From positions 620,001 to 684,000 of the forward strand of contig NW_027590205.1 of assembly GCF_964213995.1 (NCBI RefSeq): 64,000 nucleotides of DNA, written 5' to 3'. The stretch comes from Mustelus asterias (taxonomy: Eukaryota). The position numbers were made by a program, and so were the translations under genes. Shown in pieces: positions 50,901 to 62,269 of this stretch. Numbering within the stretch: the stretch's first letter is position 1; each line of letters opens with the position of its first letter. The notes below the pieces were generated by a model. That model searched no databases, was not told where the DNA came from, and saw only the letters and a program-made list of their open reading frames with translations.

Positions 50901-51736
50901 TCACCTTCCTGATTCTCCCAGATAATGATTACAGATGAGTCAGCCTCCGATTTAAATGGATGAAGGAGATATCATTATGCTGTGTTGTAAAATGCGATTG
51001 GCTGAGCAACTTGTCAGGAATTATTATTGATGTATGTTTACTGAACGTAATTGATTCTTAAACTAACATGAGGTCGGAACGATCGGTACGACAATCTATA
51101 ATTGATCTGTTATTGATGGTACACGTTAGATGTATCGGAATGATCCTGCCGCTCGGTTCCAGAGCTACTTAACCCTTTTGGTCATCTCCAAGCAGCTGAT
51201 AGTTCTGTTTTTGTTTTAAATAAATGTTCCGTCCTTACACAGAGATATCTGCCACGTGAGTTTTATATTGTCTGTAGTTAAATACAGTATTGGTCATCTC
51301 AAATTATCCCATAGCACTCGCCTTAATTTGGAAATTTGTAATCTATTATGTGCTTATGTGAAATGCACCTCAGTCTCTTGGTTTCACCTCATGGTTTGCA
51401 CCTCTGCTCTGTATGTGTTCTCTATCTAGCTTGTGGCATGTCTGCCTTGTAAGTATTCCATCGGACGAAATATAGAGAGATTCACACTGTTGACCCACGC
51501 TGCAGCGACACTGATAGTTTTTTTAAGGGGCAGTGTAAAGGAAACTATCTTCTGCCACACACTGTCCTGCATCGGCCTCTGATGAAACAGAGCCTTTGCT
51601 TTTTAGAATTACCTGAAACTCGGTCAGTGGCAGACCAGTTTATGAGTGAAATCACCGAGGTTCTTCTCATTCTTCACTCGCTCTGTCTCTGGATTTTATC
51701 ATAAAAAGGCAGAGATGAAGGTGTCTTTATACGGAT

Positions 51737-51755
51737 TGGCCACTGGGTGGCGCAG
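51737..51755 (+). promoter_or_regulatory. CTCF-like motif 3' of the IgM gene
   Basis: TGGCCACTGGGTGGCGCAG, one mismatch to the CCASYAGRKGGCRC core. Confidence 0.6.
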
Positions 51756-51926
51756 TGACTCTTTCACTGAACGGCCTTGAGTTCAAACACATCCCGCACA
51801 GGACTGGGGGAACAGACATGTCTGGGAAAGAGGGGAAACCGTATAATATGGAATATGGGGCGGAGTTGATGGGCTTTGGAAAACGGAATTAAGCCAAGCC
51901 AGAGATGGTTAAATTTTCATTCAATA

Positions 51927-51932
51927 TTTATT
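51927..51932 (-). terminator. Candidate polyA signal of membrane IgM mRNA
   Basis: First AATAAA I found downstream of TM2. Confidence 0.55.
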
Positions 51933-52384
51933 TTAAAAATTCAGAGAATATTTTACAGCGACATTATTTTTTAAAGTTAGAAAAGTGAATTTAACGATCG
52001 AGCTTCACATTGAGAACACAACACATGCACAGGGAATCCGTCAATATTTGTACATCTGTTACATACACCAGAAAGAGAAAACAGGACCTTAATAGAAAGA
52101 GGAATTAACAAATATGGATAAGGAATGAGAAAAGTTTCTTATTTATACATGATATTTAAACTATGGGGAAACTGTTAACCACAATTACATTATAACAAAA
52201 AATGCCTCGTGCTTTTCACTCTGAAAACTGAAATACCGTCTACGATTGTCTCAGTTACAGATTCAGAATGATAAACTGAGAGAATTTTACTGATAGAGTC
52301 ACCAAGAGTAGATATTGTATTTCTGTCATACGGAGATCATAATAATCAGCTGAGGGAAATCTGCAGCTTCCAAAATTCAACCCA

Positions 52385-52393
52385 TCACTTGAT
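52385..52393 (-). CDS. IGHM: IgM TM2 exon (Ile-Lys-stop)
   Basis: ctttcttttacag|ATC AAG TGA. Confidence 0.85.
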   Translation of the reverse strand: MK

Positions 52394-52529
52394 CTGTAAA
52401 AGAAAGATACAATAATGAAGCAGTTGTTTATGATGCGGGATATTAAAGTTAGAGTTTTTAATGGAACATTGAGAGATTTTTCAAATCCATTCTGTCAGTT
52501 TGATATGTGAGTGCATTCAATCATCTCAC

Positions 52530-52657
52530 CTTCACCAGAGTGACCGCAGTGCTGTAGAAAATGCTCAGGAAGAACAGGACAATGAATGTGGAAGCCGTTG
52601 TCCAGATGTTACTGTTATCATCCTCATTGTCTTCAATCCAGATGCGGTCGGTGGAGT
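52530..52657 (-). CDS. IGHM: IgM TM1 exon (missed by the ORF track)
   Basis: cctag|(D)STDRIWIEDNEDDNSNIWTTASTFIVLFFLSIFYSTAVTLVK|gtgag, the conserved antigen-receptor TM motif. Confidence 0.95.
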
Positions 52658-53209
52658 CTAGGGGACGGAGACCAGGATATGAAATTAGATTACTTTGTTT
52701 ATCCAGGTAATCTTATTGTTATTTTTCTTTTCCCCGTTCTCCTTTTTAAACTGTTCATTTATTCTTGAACTTAATTTTCAATGTATACCTACTCTTAAGC
52801 TCAGGACACTCAGTAACCGATCTCCGTAACTATTTTCACACCTGATCTTTATTGACATTCCTTGGACAGTCCATGTCAAAAAGCACTGAAGATGTTTTCT
52901 CGAAAATCAGTTGATTTTTTAACAATTCGGAACTATCCCTTATTGAAGAATATTATCACTGATATCGAGGTACGTTCACTGATCAATGATTGTTTTCACA
53001 GATGGTTACTGATCTGTAAACTGTGAATGTTGTTGTTTAAGAGTTGGGATGTAATTTCCGATCTGTGCTTCTTTATGGTGGAAATGTTTAGTCGATCGTG
53101 AGCTTAATTCAGTTTCTCAGCGTGTTTATCTGTTCATTGTACATTGGGATAATAAATCTGTGGATATCTCCATTAAAAAGTCACGTTTAAATTGTACTTT
53201 CATCATTTG

Positions 53210-54790
53210 CCTACCGTTTGTATTGAAGATTTTGCATTTGTGTGCGTGTGCATGAGCATCTCGTGCTCTGCATTAATCTTTGGCTCTGAGTTAATATGTG
53301 ATTATGAGTGTTAATGTGCGCGTACATTTGCCTGTGATTGTTGATTTGTGTAGTTGAGTGTCTGCATCTGTGCGCATATTTTATTCTTTTGTCATTGTGT
53401 GTATATGACTCTATTATTGTGTGAAGTCTATGAATATATATTAATGCCATTCTTAATGCGTGCACATGTGTTTATGCCTATTGCTCTGTGTTAATTTCTG
53501 TCACTCTAATAATGTTTCTTTCCCTTTCTGTGGAGTTGCCGGCGTTGGACTGGGGTCGGCACAGTAAGTAGTCTCACAGCACCAGGTTAAAGTCCAACAG
53601 GTTTATTTGGTTGCACGAGCTTTCGGAGCGTTGTCCCTTCATCAGGTGACTACTTACTGTTTCCCTTTCTGTGTGCGTCTGTTTCTCCATGCGTCTGTGT
53701 GCACGCCTGTTAACATGTCAGTGTATGTATACACGTGTTGACATTCTTTATAACGGTGCGTTGATGTATATTTGTGTTTCGATGTGTAGTAATGTGTGCT
53801 ATGGTGTTCTGTTCTCTGAGCATGTTAATGTTTGCGTCTACATGTTTGTGTGTAAATGTTTTGCTGTCTGTTCTTCTGTATGCAGTCTGGTGATTTGTTT
53901 ATATGTATTTCCATATATGTTTGTGAATGTGTATAACGTTGTGTGTCTTTATATCTATATTCCTATCAGCGTGAACGTGTGCTAATATATGTATTTATTT
54001 GAGTCTAAGTATGTGCTTGTGTATTTATGTGGGTCTGCATGCGTGTGTATCTGTCTGTATTGTGTCTATGCATGTATGTGTTTGTGTTTGGGTCTGTACC
54101 TACTCGCGTATGTGCATGTGTATGTACTTGTGTGTTTCATGTGTACATGTGTGCGTTTGTACATATTTGATTATGTGTATGTTGTTGCTTTAGTGTCTGT
54201 TTGTCCAAGAGCGCGTGTCTATGTGTTCGTATGTGTGTGTGAGTATGTGTGCGTCTGTATGTGTGTATGTGTGCGTGTGTATGTGTGTGTGTGTGTTTGA
54301 GAGACAGAGAGAGAGAATGGGTGTGTCCCTATGTATATTTGTGTACGGATGTGTTTGTGTATGGGTGTATTTTTGTGTGGGTGTATTTGTGTAAGTGTGT
54401 ATTTCAGTTTGTGCATGTTTTGCCCATGAGTGCATTCTTGTTTCTCTGCATGTGTGTTCGTCTGTGCAAGTATTGAGTGTACCTATGGTGTGTGAAAGTG
54501 TATCTGTTGTGTATTTGTGTGTTTCTGCGTCTGTATTTGAATGTGCCTGTCCCTATTTCTGTATATGTATGTGTGTGGGGGTATGTGCATGCGTTTGTGC
54601 GTGTATATTTACATGTGTCTTTCTGTATTTGTGTGCATATGTGTGAGTATGTGTATTTGTGTGTGTAGTTGTGCATTTGTGTCGATGTGTGTGTGTGTGT
54701 ATGTGTGTGAGTGTGAGTGTGTGTGTGTGCGCTTATGTGTGTATTTATAATTGTGACAGTTTTGTGGAGTATTGTCAGTGTGTATATTTC
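53210..54790. repeat. Degenerate (TG)n tract, ~1.5 kb (CA-rich on the IgM sense strand)
   Basis: Dense TG/TATG repeats, the source of many spurious ORFs. Confidence 0.9.
53530..53659 (-). mobile_element. Penelope-like family A mini-element with hammerhead motif, in the Cmu4-TM1 intron
   Basis: 14-bp TSD TTTCCCTTTCTGTG (53519-53532 / 53660-53673). Core cac-CUGAUGA-agggacaacgcucc-GAAA-GCU-C-gug at 53614-53648. Confidence 0.8.
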
Positions 54791-55838
54791 TTAGCTGTTG
54801 CTCCAAGTTTCATCGCAATCATTAACTGAAAATGATCCAAACAATACGAATAATGGAGCATATTTTCAATGTTTTGCTGTATGAATGTAGTTTATGTGAG
54901 TGGCACGGTGATATCAGGAGAACGAATGAAATCATTCATTGATGCATCTCAGAAACATCAGGGACAGAACAGTAAAAACCGGGGAGGATTCAATCATTTG
55001 TTTCAATTTGCATTATGGGAAATCAATGCCAGGACATGACTAACAGGAACAAGAGTGCAGAAACATTTAAAAATTATGTTGCATAAGTATGTATGCATCA
55101 CATTGATTAAGATAATGATACTTCAAACTCTGCAGCAAATAAACCAGAAGCTAATTTGTACTGTTGGCAACTGGGTTCTTCTAGTAGAGAGATGGTCCCG
55201 TCCAAACACGTTACTTGCGAAGAGGGAGGAGAGTGAGCTCATAATTTCTCTCTCTACCCGGTGAAGTAATGTGCCTGATGGTTCTAACCACTGACGAGGT
55301 GAGTGGAATAAATAATGACATTCCTCCTCTTTTCATTGAGGAAGTGGTGGTACATGGGTTAGCTACGGCTCTCCCCTCTCTTTGTTGGGTGAGTAGGAAT
55401 CTGGTATGTTAACAATTTCACTCTCCCCTCTCTCTGATGGGGGGATTGTTGCTCCATGTTTCTGTGTGACCCTCACTTCAGTTCCCAGTGGGTGTGGTGC
55501 AGCAGCTTAAAGCTGACATCAATGGTAAAGGCATGGACAACGAGAGAAGCAGGAACACCGAGATCTAAATTGTGTTTGTTTGTCAGAAATGTTCAAATTG
55601 TCAGATTTCTCCTCAGTGGGAGGCAAGTCGGTGAAGATATTTTGCAGAATACTGTAATGAATGTGCTCTACTCTGTCTCTAACCCAGGGTGTATCTGAGC
55701 TGGGTGCACTGGTTCAACAAAACTTGGGCCCGAGACGTGAAAATACCTGACTCAAACCGAAGATACATAGTGGAAGTAAAATTGAAAACCAATCAATTAA
55801 GCTATTGGGTATTTCATTTATCGTTGGAGGAAAAAGAT

Positions 55839-55853
55839 TTTATTCTTTTTATT
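55839..55853 (-). terminator. Tandem AATAAA polyA signals of secretory IgM mRNA
   Basis: TTTATT on + at 55839-55844 and 55848-55853, ~30 nt after the stop. Confidence 0.8.
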
Positions 55854-55880
55854 GAAGTTTTTAATGTAACCGAGTGATTC

Positions 55881-56272
55881 TCATTGACATGAATTAACGG
55901 TGTCCATCAGTGCAAGGGAAATGTTCACAAAACTGGGTTTACCGCTGGATTTGTCAACTGTTCTGTTGATGATCTTCAAGGGGATGGCTTCATGTCCCAC
56001 CACACAGGAGTAAGAAGCGCCGCTGGACCATTCCTCTGCTGCAATGGATAACAGGCTGTAAATGAAGAAGGAGCTATTCCCGCTCTCCGCGACCACCTCG
56101 GTGTTCTTATAGTTCCCAGGATTCACTGGCTTGTCGTTGACGGTCCACTTGACGAAGATCTCTCGCGGGGAGAAACGTCTCACTAAGCAGCTGAGGGAGA
56201 CGAATCTCTGAGCGGAGACTTCTTCTGCCGAGGGCAAGAGGACAGAGACGAACGGTTCCCGCGGATTTGGAT
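55881..56272 (-). CDS. IGHM: IgM Cmu4 exon plus secretory tailpiece
   Basis: ttctgcag| acceptor, C1-set domain, tail [20 protein letters not shown] with N-glycan sequon and penultimate Cys. Internal donor G|GTAAAC at 55943/55942 for the TM form. Confidence 0.95.
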
Positions 56273-56765
56273 CTGCAGAAAATGTACAATAAATGTCAAT
56301 AAACTGGAGGATTCTGGAGACAATGAAACTGCTGGCTCGGTATCAGAAAAATGTGCTTCGTTTCGATTTTAAATGTTTCCATTTTTGACTTCCAGTTTGG
56401 AGCAGATGTGAACACAATTATTTTATCAAATAATTCAGGGGGCTGGACTGGGAAGTTTCAGAAATTTTACAGCACAGAATCAGGCTATTCGGCCCAACTG
56501 ATCGGCTTTTCTTTTGGTTTTCATGCTCCACATCAGGCTCCTCCCTCGTTATTCGATCTAAACCCAATAACATCGCCTTCAGTTCACTTTTCATTCATCA
56601 ACACATCAAATTTCCCCGTAAAAATATCTACAACTCCCAGTTTTTAGTTAATGGAGTTTCCACTCAGGGGAGACCATTAATGCACTGAATACTGAATATT
56701 GACCAGTACACTGACACTGGAAATAGACACAGTGACGCATTTATTGCTTCAATCTCTCAGCTCAC

Positions 56766-57074
56766 CTGTTTCCTTGTGGATGGATTTTCTTAAAGGAGTC
56801 GGCAGATCCTGATGGCTCACCACGCAGTCAAACACAGCCGCACTCAGCCAGGCTTGTGTCGAGATGTTTAAGTTGCTGACCACGCTGTCAGGATCCGCTC
56901 CTGGCTTTTCGGCAATCTCTGATTTCAAATACTTCCTGTCTCGGATCCAGGACACATTGACTCCATAGGGAGCATGAGAAATGATGCAGGTTAAGGTCAC
57001 GGTCGCCTCCAATAAGACCTGTTCTATTGGCGGGGGCTGTATCGTCACTGTGGTATCAGGGCACTGGGGAGGAT
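56766..57074 (-). CDS. IGHM: IgM Cmu3 exon
   Basis: ttcacag|..[20 protein letters not shown]..|gtgag, phase 1/1, 309 nt. Confidence 0.93.
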
Positions 57075-57991
57075 CTGTGAATGAAAAATGAAAATCAACC
57101 CTAGTTCCCTCTTCAGAAGCAGGACAGCAGTCTTCAGCCTGAAGGAGACGAAGTTGCCTTCGATATATCAACCTCTAACTATCACCTTTCAGCCTCTATG
57201 GAGGATGGAAAACCAGCCTGCTCTGTGAAATTATTCTCTTTTTGTTCAAGTATTTTAGCAGCGGTATCATTCTCATGAATCAACATTGCAGTATTCCCCA
57301 ACAAATATAGCATTCCTGAACTCAGGAACCAAGTACTGGCAGTTAGTTTATAAGTAGGGTGGATACACTTCCCAATATTTTACCCCTATGCTGTGACCTG
57401 TGAAACAGTCCGACACCGACTGTCTCTCCAAATCTTACCAGCTGTCTCAGGAAAAAGCTGACATCAAGACCACCTCGCTTACTATGTTACTTTAAAATGA
57501 AAGGGAACACTATTTCAAGGGGAGGCAGTGGCATGGTGGTGTTACCAATGGTCTTGTAACCCAGGGCACGACTCTGGGGACACAGATTCGAATCTCACCA
57601 CTGCAGATGGTGAAATTTGAATTTAGTAAAAATCTATCATTAAAAGTCAAATGATCATCATGAAGCCATTGTTGTAAAAACCCACCTGGTTCACGAATGC
57701 CGTTTAGAAAAGTAAATCTGTTGTCTTTATCTGGCCTGGCATGCATGTGACTCCAGATCCACAGTAACGTGGTTGACACTTAAGTGGCCTCCGGGATGGG
57801 CCACAAATGCACATCTCATGAAGGAATAACAAAAATTGATGTTGTGATGAAGTTCTGAATGGGGCACTGTCCCAATGCAGCAAACTACATGACAATAACT
57901 TAGAAGTTGTTCTATGCTTTGTATTAACTTTAATAGATCCCTAATTTCGATTAACAGCGGAATAATTTTTTTATCGGTTTGAGTCTCTTAC

Positions 57992-58303
57992 CCAGAGATC
58001 CGCTGATGTTCTGACTCTGAGTGAATCCTTGATGAGTGACCTGGCAGGTGTAGACCGCTTTGCTGAACCATTCCTGAGCGGAGACTGTCAACCGACTGCT
58101 GGTCGAGAAGTTCCCATTCACTTCACAGGCGGGAGAGGTGACAATTCCTGAATCCATGGGTTGTCCATTCTTCAGCCACTTCACCGTCATTGACTTTGGC
58201 TGGAAATCGATGATTGAACAGACGATGGTTGCAAATTTTCTGCTGGTGATTTCTTCACTGGAACTCACGGTGAGGATAACGGTTGGGGGGAGAACGGGTG
58301 GGC
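57992..58303 (-). CDS. IGHM: IgM Cmu2 exon
   Basis: gttgaag|..[25 protein letters not shown]..|gtaag, 312 nt. Confidence 0.93.
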
Positions 58304-58399
58304 CTTCAACAAACAAATGTTCAGACGTTACTTGAAGATTCAATTGACACCAATTAAATTTAGTTCTTTTATTTTAGCACCATAGCTGCCGATTTGAGA

Positions 58400-59130
58400 A
58401 TTATATCCATGGTTTGGTTGAATTGGCAGGGAAATGGCGAATGGAATTCAACCGTCAAAAGTGCCACACAATGCATTTGGGGAGGGAAAAAAAAGCAAGG
58501 CAATAAACTGGAATGTTAAAAGGGATTGAGGAAATGCAAGACCTTTGAGTGCATGTCCACAGGTCCTTGTAGATGGTAGGGCAGCTGGAAAAGTTGACCA
58601 AGAAAGCATATCGGATTAGTTCCTCTATTATTGTGAGATATTGAATACAAAAACAGTGATGCAATGATGGAGCTGCATAAAACCGAGTTAGGCCACGTTT
58701 GGAGGTTGCTGTACAGTTCTGGTCACCACGTTGCAGGAATAACGTAATGACTCTGGAGAGAGATGAGGTTTACAGGAATGTTGCCAGGGACTGAAAATTC
58801 CCGCCATGAGGCGAGATTGGATAGGCAGGGTTTGTTCTCCTTAGAAAAAGAGGAGGCTGAGGCGTGACATAATTGTGGTTCACAGAATTATAAGGGACAT
58901 AGGCTGAAATAATTCATTCCCCAAGTGGAGGGCTCAATTACCAGGGAGCATGGTCATTTAAAAGGTATCTGGGTCTGCATCTCAAGTGCTTTAACCTGCA
59001 ATGCTACAGAGCAAGGGCTGGAAAATAGGCTTAACTTGTCTGGCTAGTTTATTTGTTCTCCCTTTTGGCCAGCACAGACATGATGGGTTAAATGGCCTCA
59101 TTCTGCACAGTAACATTTCTGTTGTTCTTT
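58400..59130 (+). mobile_element. Old CR1 LINE fragment in the Cmu1-Cmu2 intron
   Basis: Degenerate WxMEFN..KC..MHLG and QFWSP motifs. Confidence 0.75.
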
Positions 59131-59276
59131 GATTCTGAGCAACTTTTCAGTCAGTAGGCACTTACCTGGATTTTGCATAATTCATTTTTTTCAGAATGCT
59201 ACAGATCAGTTATAATTAAGGCCTTATATAGTTCAATCGGCGAGTTCCTGTCTTGCCCAAGTTCCACAACACTTAC

Positions 59277-59576
59277 ATCGCATTACAATGCTCTTGACTG
59301 AGCCGCTGTGTCGAACCTCACAGTTGATTTTGCTGCACTCTCCCTCTGACTGGGTGATGGTTAACTGGCTGCTCAGGGTATAGGTTCCCTTCGCGTTTCT
59401 CACTGACGGGTAAGTCTTAAATCCAGAGGTGATCAGCTGCCCATTTTTCTTCCAGGTCAGTTTGGAGACATCTGGAGAGTAGTCCATCGCCACGCAGCCG
59501 TAGATGTTGGAGCCATCGGAGTTGTGTTGCTGACAGGAAGAACCGAGGATGTAGAGAGTGGGCGGAGACGGTGTCA
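59277..59576 (-). CDS. IGHM: IgM Cmu1 exon
   Basis: ctttcccag|..[37 protein letters not shown]..|gtaagt, 300 nt. Confidence 0.93.
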
Positions 59577-60100
59577 CTGGGAAAGAATAGTCGATTAAAT
59601 AAGTTAGACTCTTACCTGCATTTATTAATTAATCAAACATATTTATGCAAGTATGTTTCTATATTAGGTATAGCTCTTGGGGCTAAAGGGATCAGTGGAT
59701 ATGGGTAGTAGGCGGGGTCAGGATATTGATGAGCCGTGATCAAAGTGAATGGTAGAGCAGGGTCAAAAGGCCGAATGGCCTCCTCCTGCTTCTATTTTTT
59801 ATGTTTCAACGTCACAATTTGACTAGAATAATAAACTTAAGTTAATATTTCCCGATTAAGACCTACGCACACCTTTGAGCTTCTGTTACTCCTATCATTT
59901 GGGAATCGCCATCTTTGTAGAAACTCACATCACTGTCTCCACCTCTATCAGATTGGAAAGACAAAAAACATTTTGATGTCATCGTAATGACATACCATTC
60001 ATTGGATTAACAGAGAAGAGTAAAGATTTTCTCCATTATTTCAAGCACTACCTATTTCTCTAACGACAGCACTTTGTGATGAAGAAGTTGTCTCTTCATT

Positions 60101-61075
60101 CATAGAACATAGAACATAGAACATTACAGCGCAGAACAGGCCCTTCGGCCCACGATGTTGCACCGACCAGTTAAAAAAAAAACTGTGACCCTCCAACCTA
60201 AACCAATTTCTTTTCGTCCATGAACCTATCTACGGATCTCTTAAACGCCCCCAAACTAGGCGCATTTACAACTGATGCTGGCAGGGCATTCCAATCCCTC
60301 ACCACCCTCTGGGTAAAGAACCTACCCCTGACATCGGTTCTATAACTACCCCCCCTCAATTTAAAGCCATGCCCCCTCGTGCTGGATTTCTCCATCAGAG
60401 GAAAAAGGCTATCACTATCCACCCTATCTAAACCTCTAATCATCTTATATGTTTCAATAAGATCCCCTCTTAGCCGCCGCCTTTCCAGCGAAAACAATCC
60501 CAAATCCCTCAGCCTCTCCTCATAGGATCTCCCCTCCATACCAGGCAACATCCTGGTAAACCTCCTCTGCACCCTCTCCAAAGCCTCCACATCCTTCCTG
60601 TAATGTGGGGACCAGAACTGCACACAGTACTCCAAGTGCGGCCGCACCAGAGTTGTGTACAGTTGCAACATAACGCTACGACTCCTAAATTCAATCCCCC
60701 TACCAATAAACGCCAAGACACCATATGCCTTCTTAACAACCTTATCTACTTGATTCCCAACTTTCAGGGATCTATGCACACATACACCTAGATCCCTCTG
60801 CTCCTCCACACTATTCAAAGTCCTCCCGTTAGCCCTATACTCAACACATCTGTTATTCCTACCAAAGTGAATTACCTCACACTTCTCCGCATTAAACTCC
60901 ATCCGCCACCTCTCGGCCCAACTTTGCAACCTATCTAAGTCTTCCTGCAAACTACGACACCCTTCCTCACTGTCTACCACACCACCGACTTTGGTGTCAT
61001 CAGCAAATTTGCTAATCCACCCAACTATACCCTCATCCAGATCATTAATAAATATTACAAACAGCAGTGGCCCCT
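60101..61075 (-). mobile_element. Young CR1 LINE 3' end in the J-C intron
   Basis: Stop-free GPLLFVIFINDL..FADD.. to the C-terminus; (GTTCTAT)n tail. Confidence 0.95.
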
Positions 61076-61192
61076 CACCTGATGAAAGAGCTCCAAAAGT
61101 TCGCAAGTCCAAATAAGCGTGTTGGACGTTAACCTGGTGTTGTCAGACTCCTTACTGAGCCCACCCCAGCCTAACGCCTGCATCTCCACATT
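61075..61192 (+). mobile_element. Decayed Penelope-like family A pLTR fragment
   Basis: CACCTGATGAA..AACCTGGTGTTG..CCCCAG..CATCTCCACAT; the hammerhead GAAA is mutated. Confidence 0.7.
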
Positions 61193-61499
61193 GTAATTTT
61201 GGGATATTGCCTGTGTTCAAACTGACTGAATCCCCTTCCTCGCTCCAACTCACTGCCTCTCACTCCATAAAACGAAGATCAGTGACTTTCCTTCAGAAAT
61301 ACCTTCGGAATGAATACTTACTGAATGACCAGGAAACTCTGAATGTGATTACAAATTCAAATAATTGCAACATTGACTAATTGAAGGGCCGTACATTAAT
61401 AGCAAGAGTTGGCCATTCGGACCCTGACGTCACCTCCGTTGTTCACTGAGATTACAGATGATCTGATTGTGGTGCTCGCTCTATTTTGCACCTCCTCAC

Positions 61500-62160
61500 T
61501 CCGCCCGCCGATCACCCACTCTCTGCACATTTTCCCCGCCTCGCTGCCCTTTCCCCTGGCTCTCTGCCATTCCCTGTGGCTCCTTTCCCCTTACACCCTG
61601 CTCTCTGCGCTTCCACCTGGCTCTCGACACTTTCCTCCAGCTCTGTGCCCTCTCCCCCGGCTCTCTGCCCTTTCCCTCAGCTCCCTACCGTTTCCCCCAG
61701 CTCTCTGCCCTCTGTCCCTGCTCACTATTCTCTTTCCCCGTTCCCCCGGCTCTCTGCCCTTCCCCCCTGACTCTCTGTCTTTCCCCCTGACTCTCTGCCC
61801 TTTCCCCAGGGCTCTTTTGCACTTTTCGTCGGCTCTCTGTCCTTTCCCCGGCCTCCCTGCCCTTTATCCTGGCTCTCTCCTCTTTCCCTGATCTCTCTGC
61901 CATTTCCTCCATCTCGCTGCCTTTTCTCCTGTTTCTCTGCCCTTTCACCTGGCTCCCTGCCCTTTCCATTGGCGCTCTTTCCCATTTCTCCTGGCTCTCT
62001 GCCCTTTCTCCTGGCTCTCTGCCCTTTCCCCCGGCTCTCGGCCCTTTCCCCAGACTCTGTGCCCTCCCCCCCCCCCCCCCCCCCCCCCCCCAGCTCTCTG
62101 CCCTTTAGCACGCCTCCTGTTCTCCCCGGCTCTTTGCCATTGTCCTTGGCCCTGAGCCCC
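61500..62160 (-). repeat. Degenerate ~20-bp tandem repeat, G/purine-rich on the IgM sense strand
   Basis: Unit ~CTCTCTGCCCTTTCCCCGG on +, with a poly-C run ~62064-62091. Confidence 0.9.
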
Positions 62161-62269
62161 CAGGGATTCCCCCCAGCTCTCCACATTCCCAGGGCAGCTC
62201 CCACATTTGAACACCAAACTGCCGCTTGAGATCTTTCTTCTCTCTCGTTGCAGACCTCCACACACAGGT

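Noticed and set aside
53671-54806. Many Cys/Val- or His/Thr-rich ORFs
   Set aside because: Translations of the (TG)n tract.
56728-56734. CACAGTG heptamer after Cmu3
   Set aside because: No nonamer at 12 or 23 bp.
52385-59576. IgW, IgNAR or IgM1gj identity
   Set aside because: Four C domains including Cmu2, plus an IgM-type tail and TM, fit conventional IgM.
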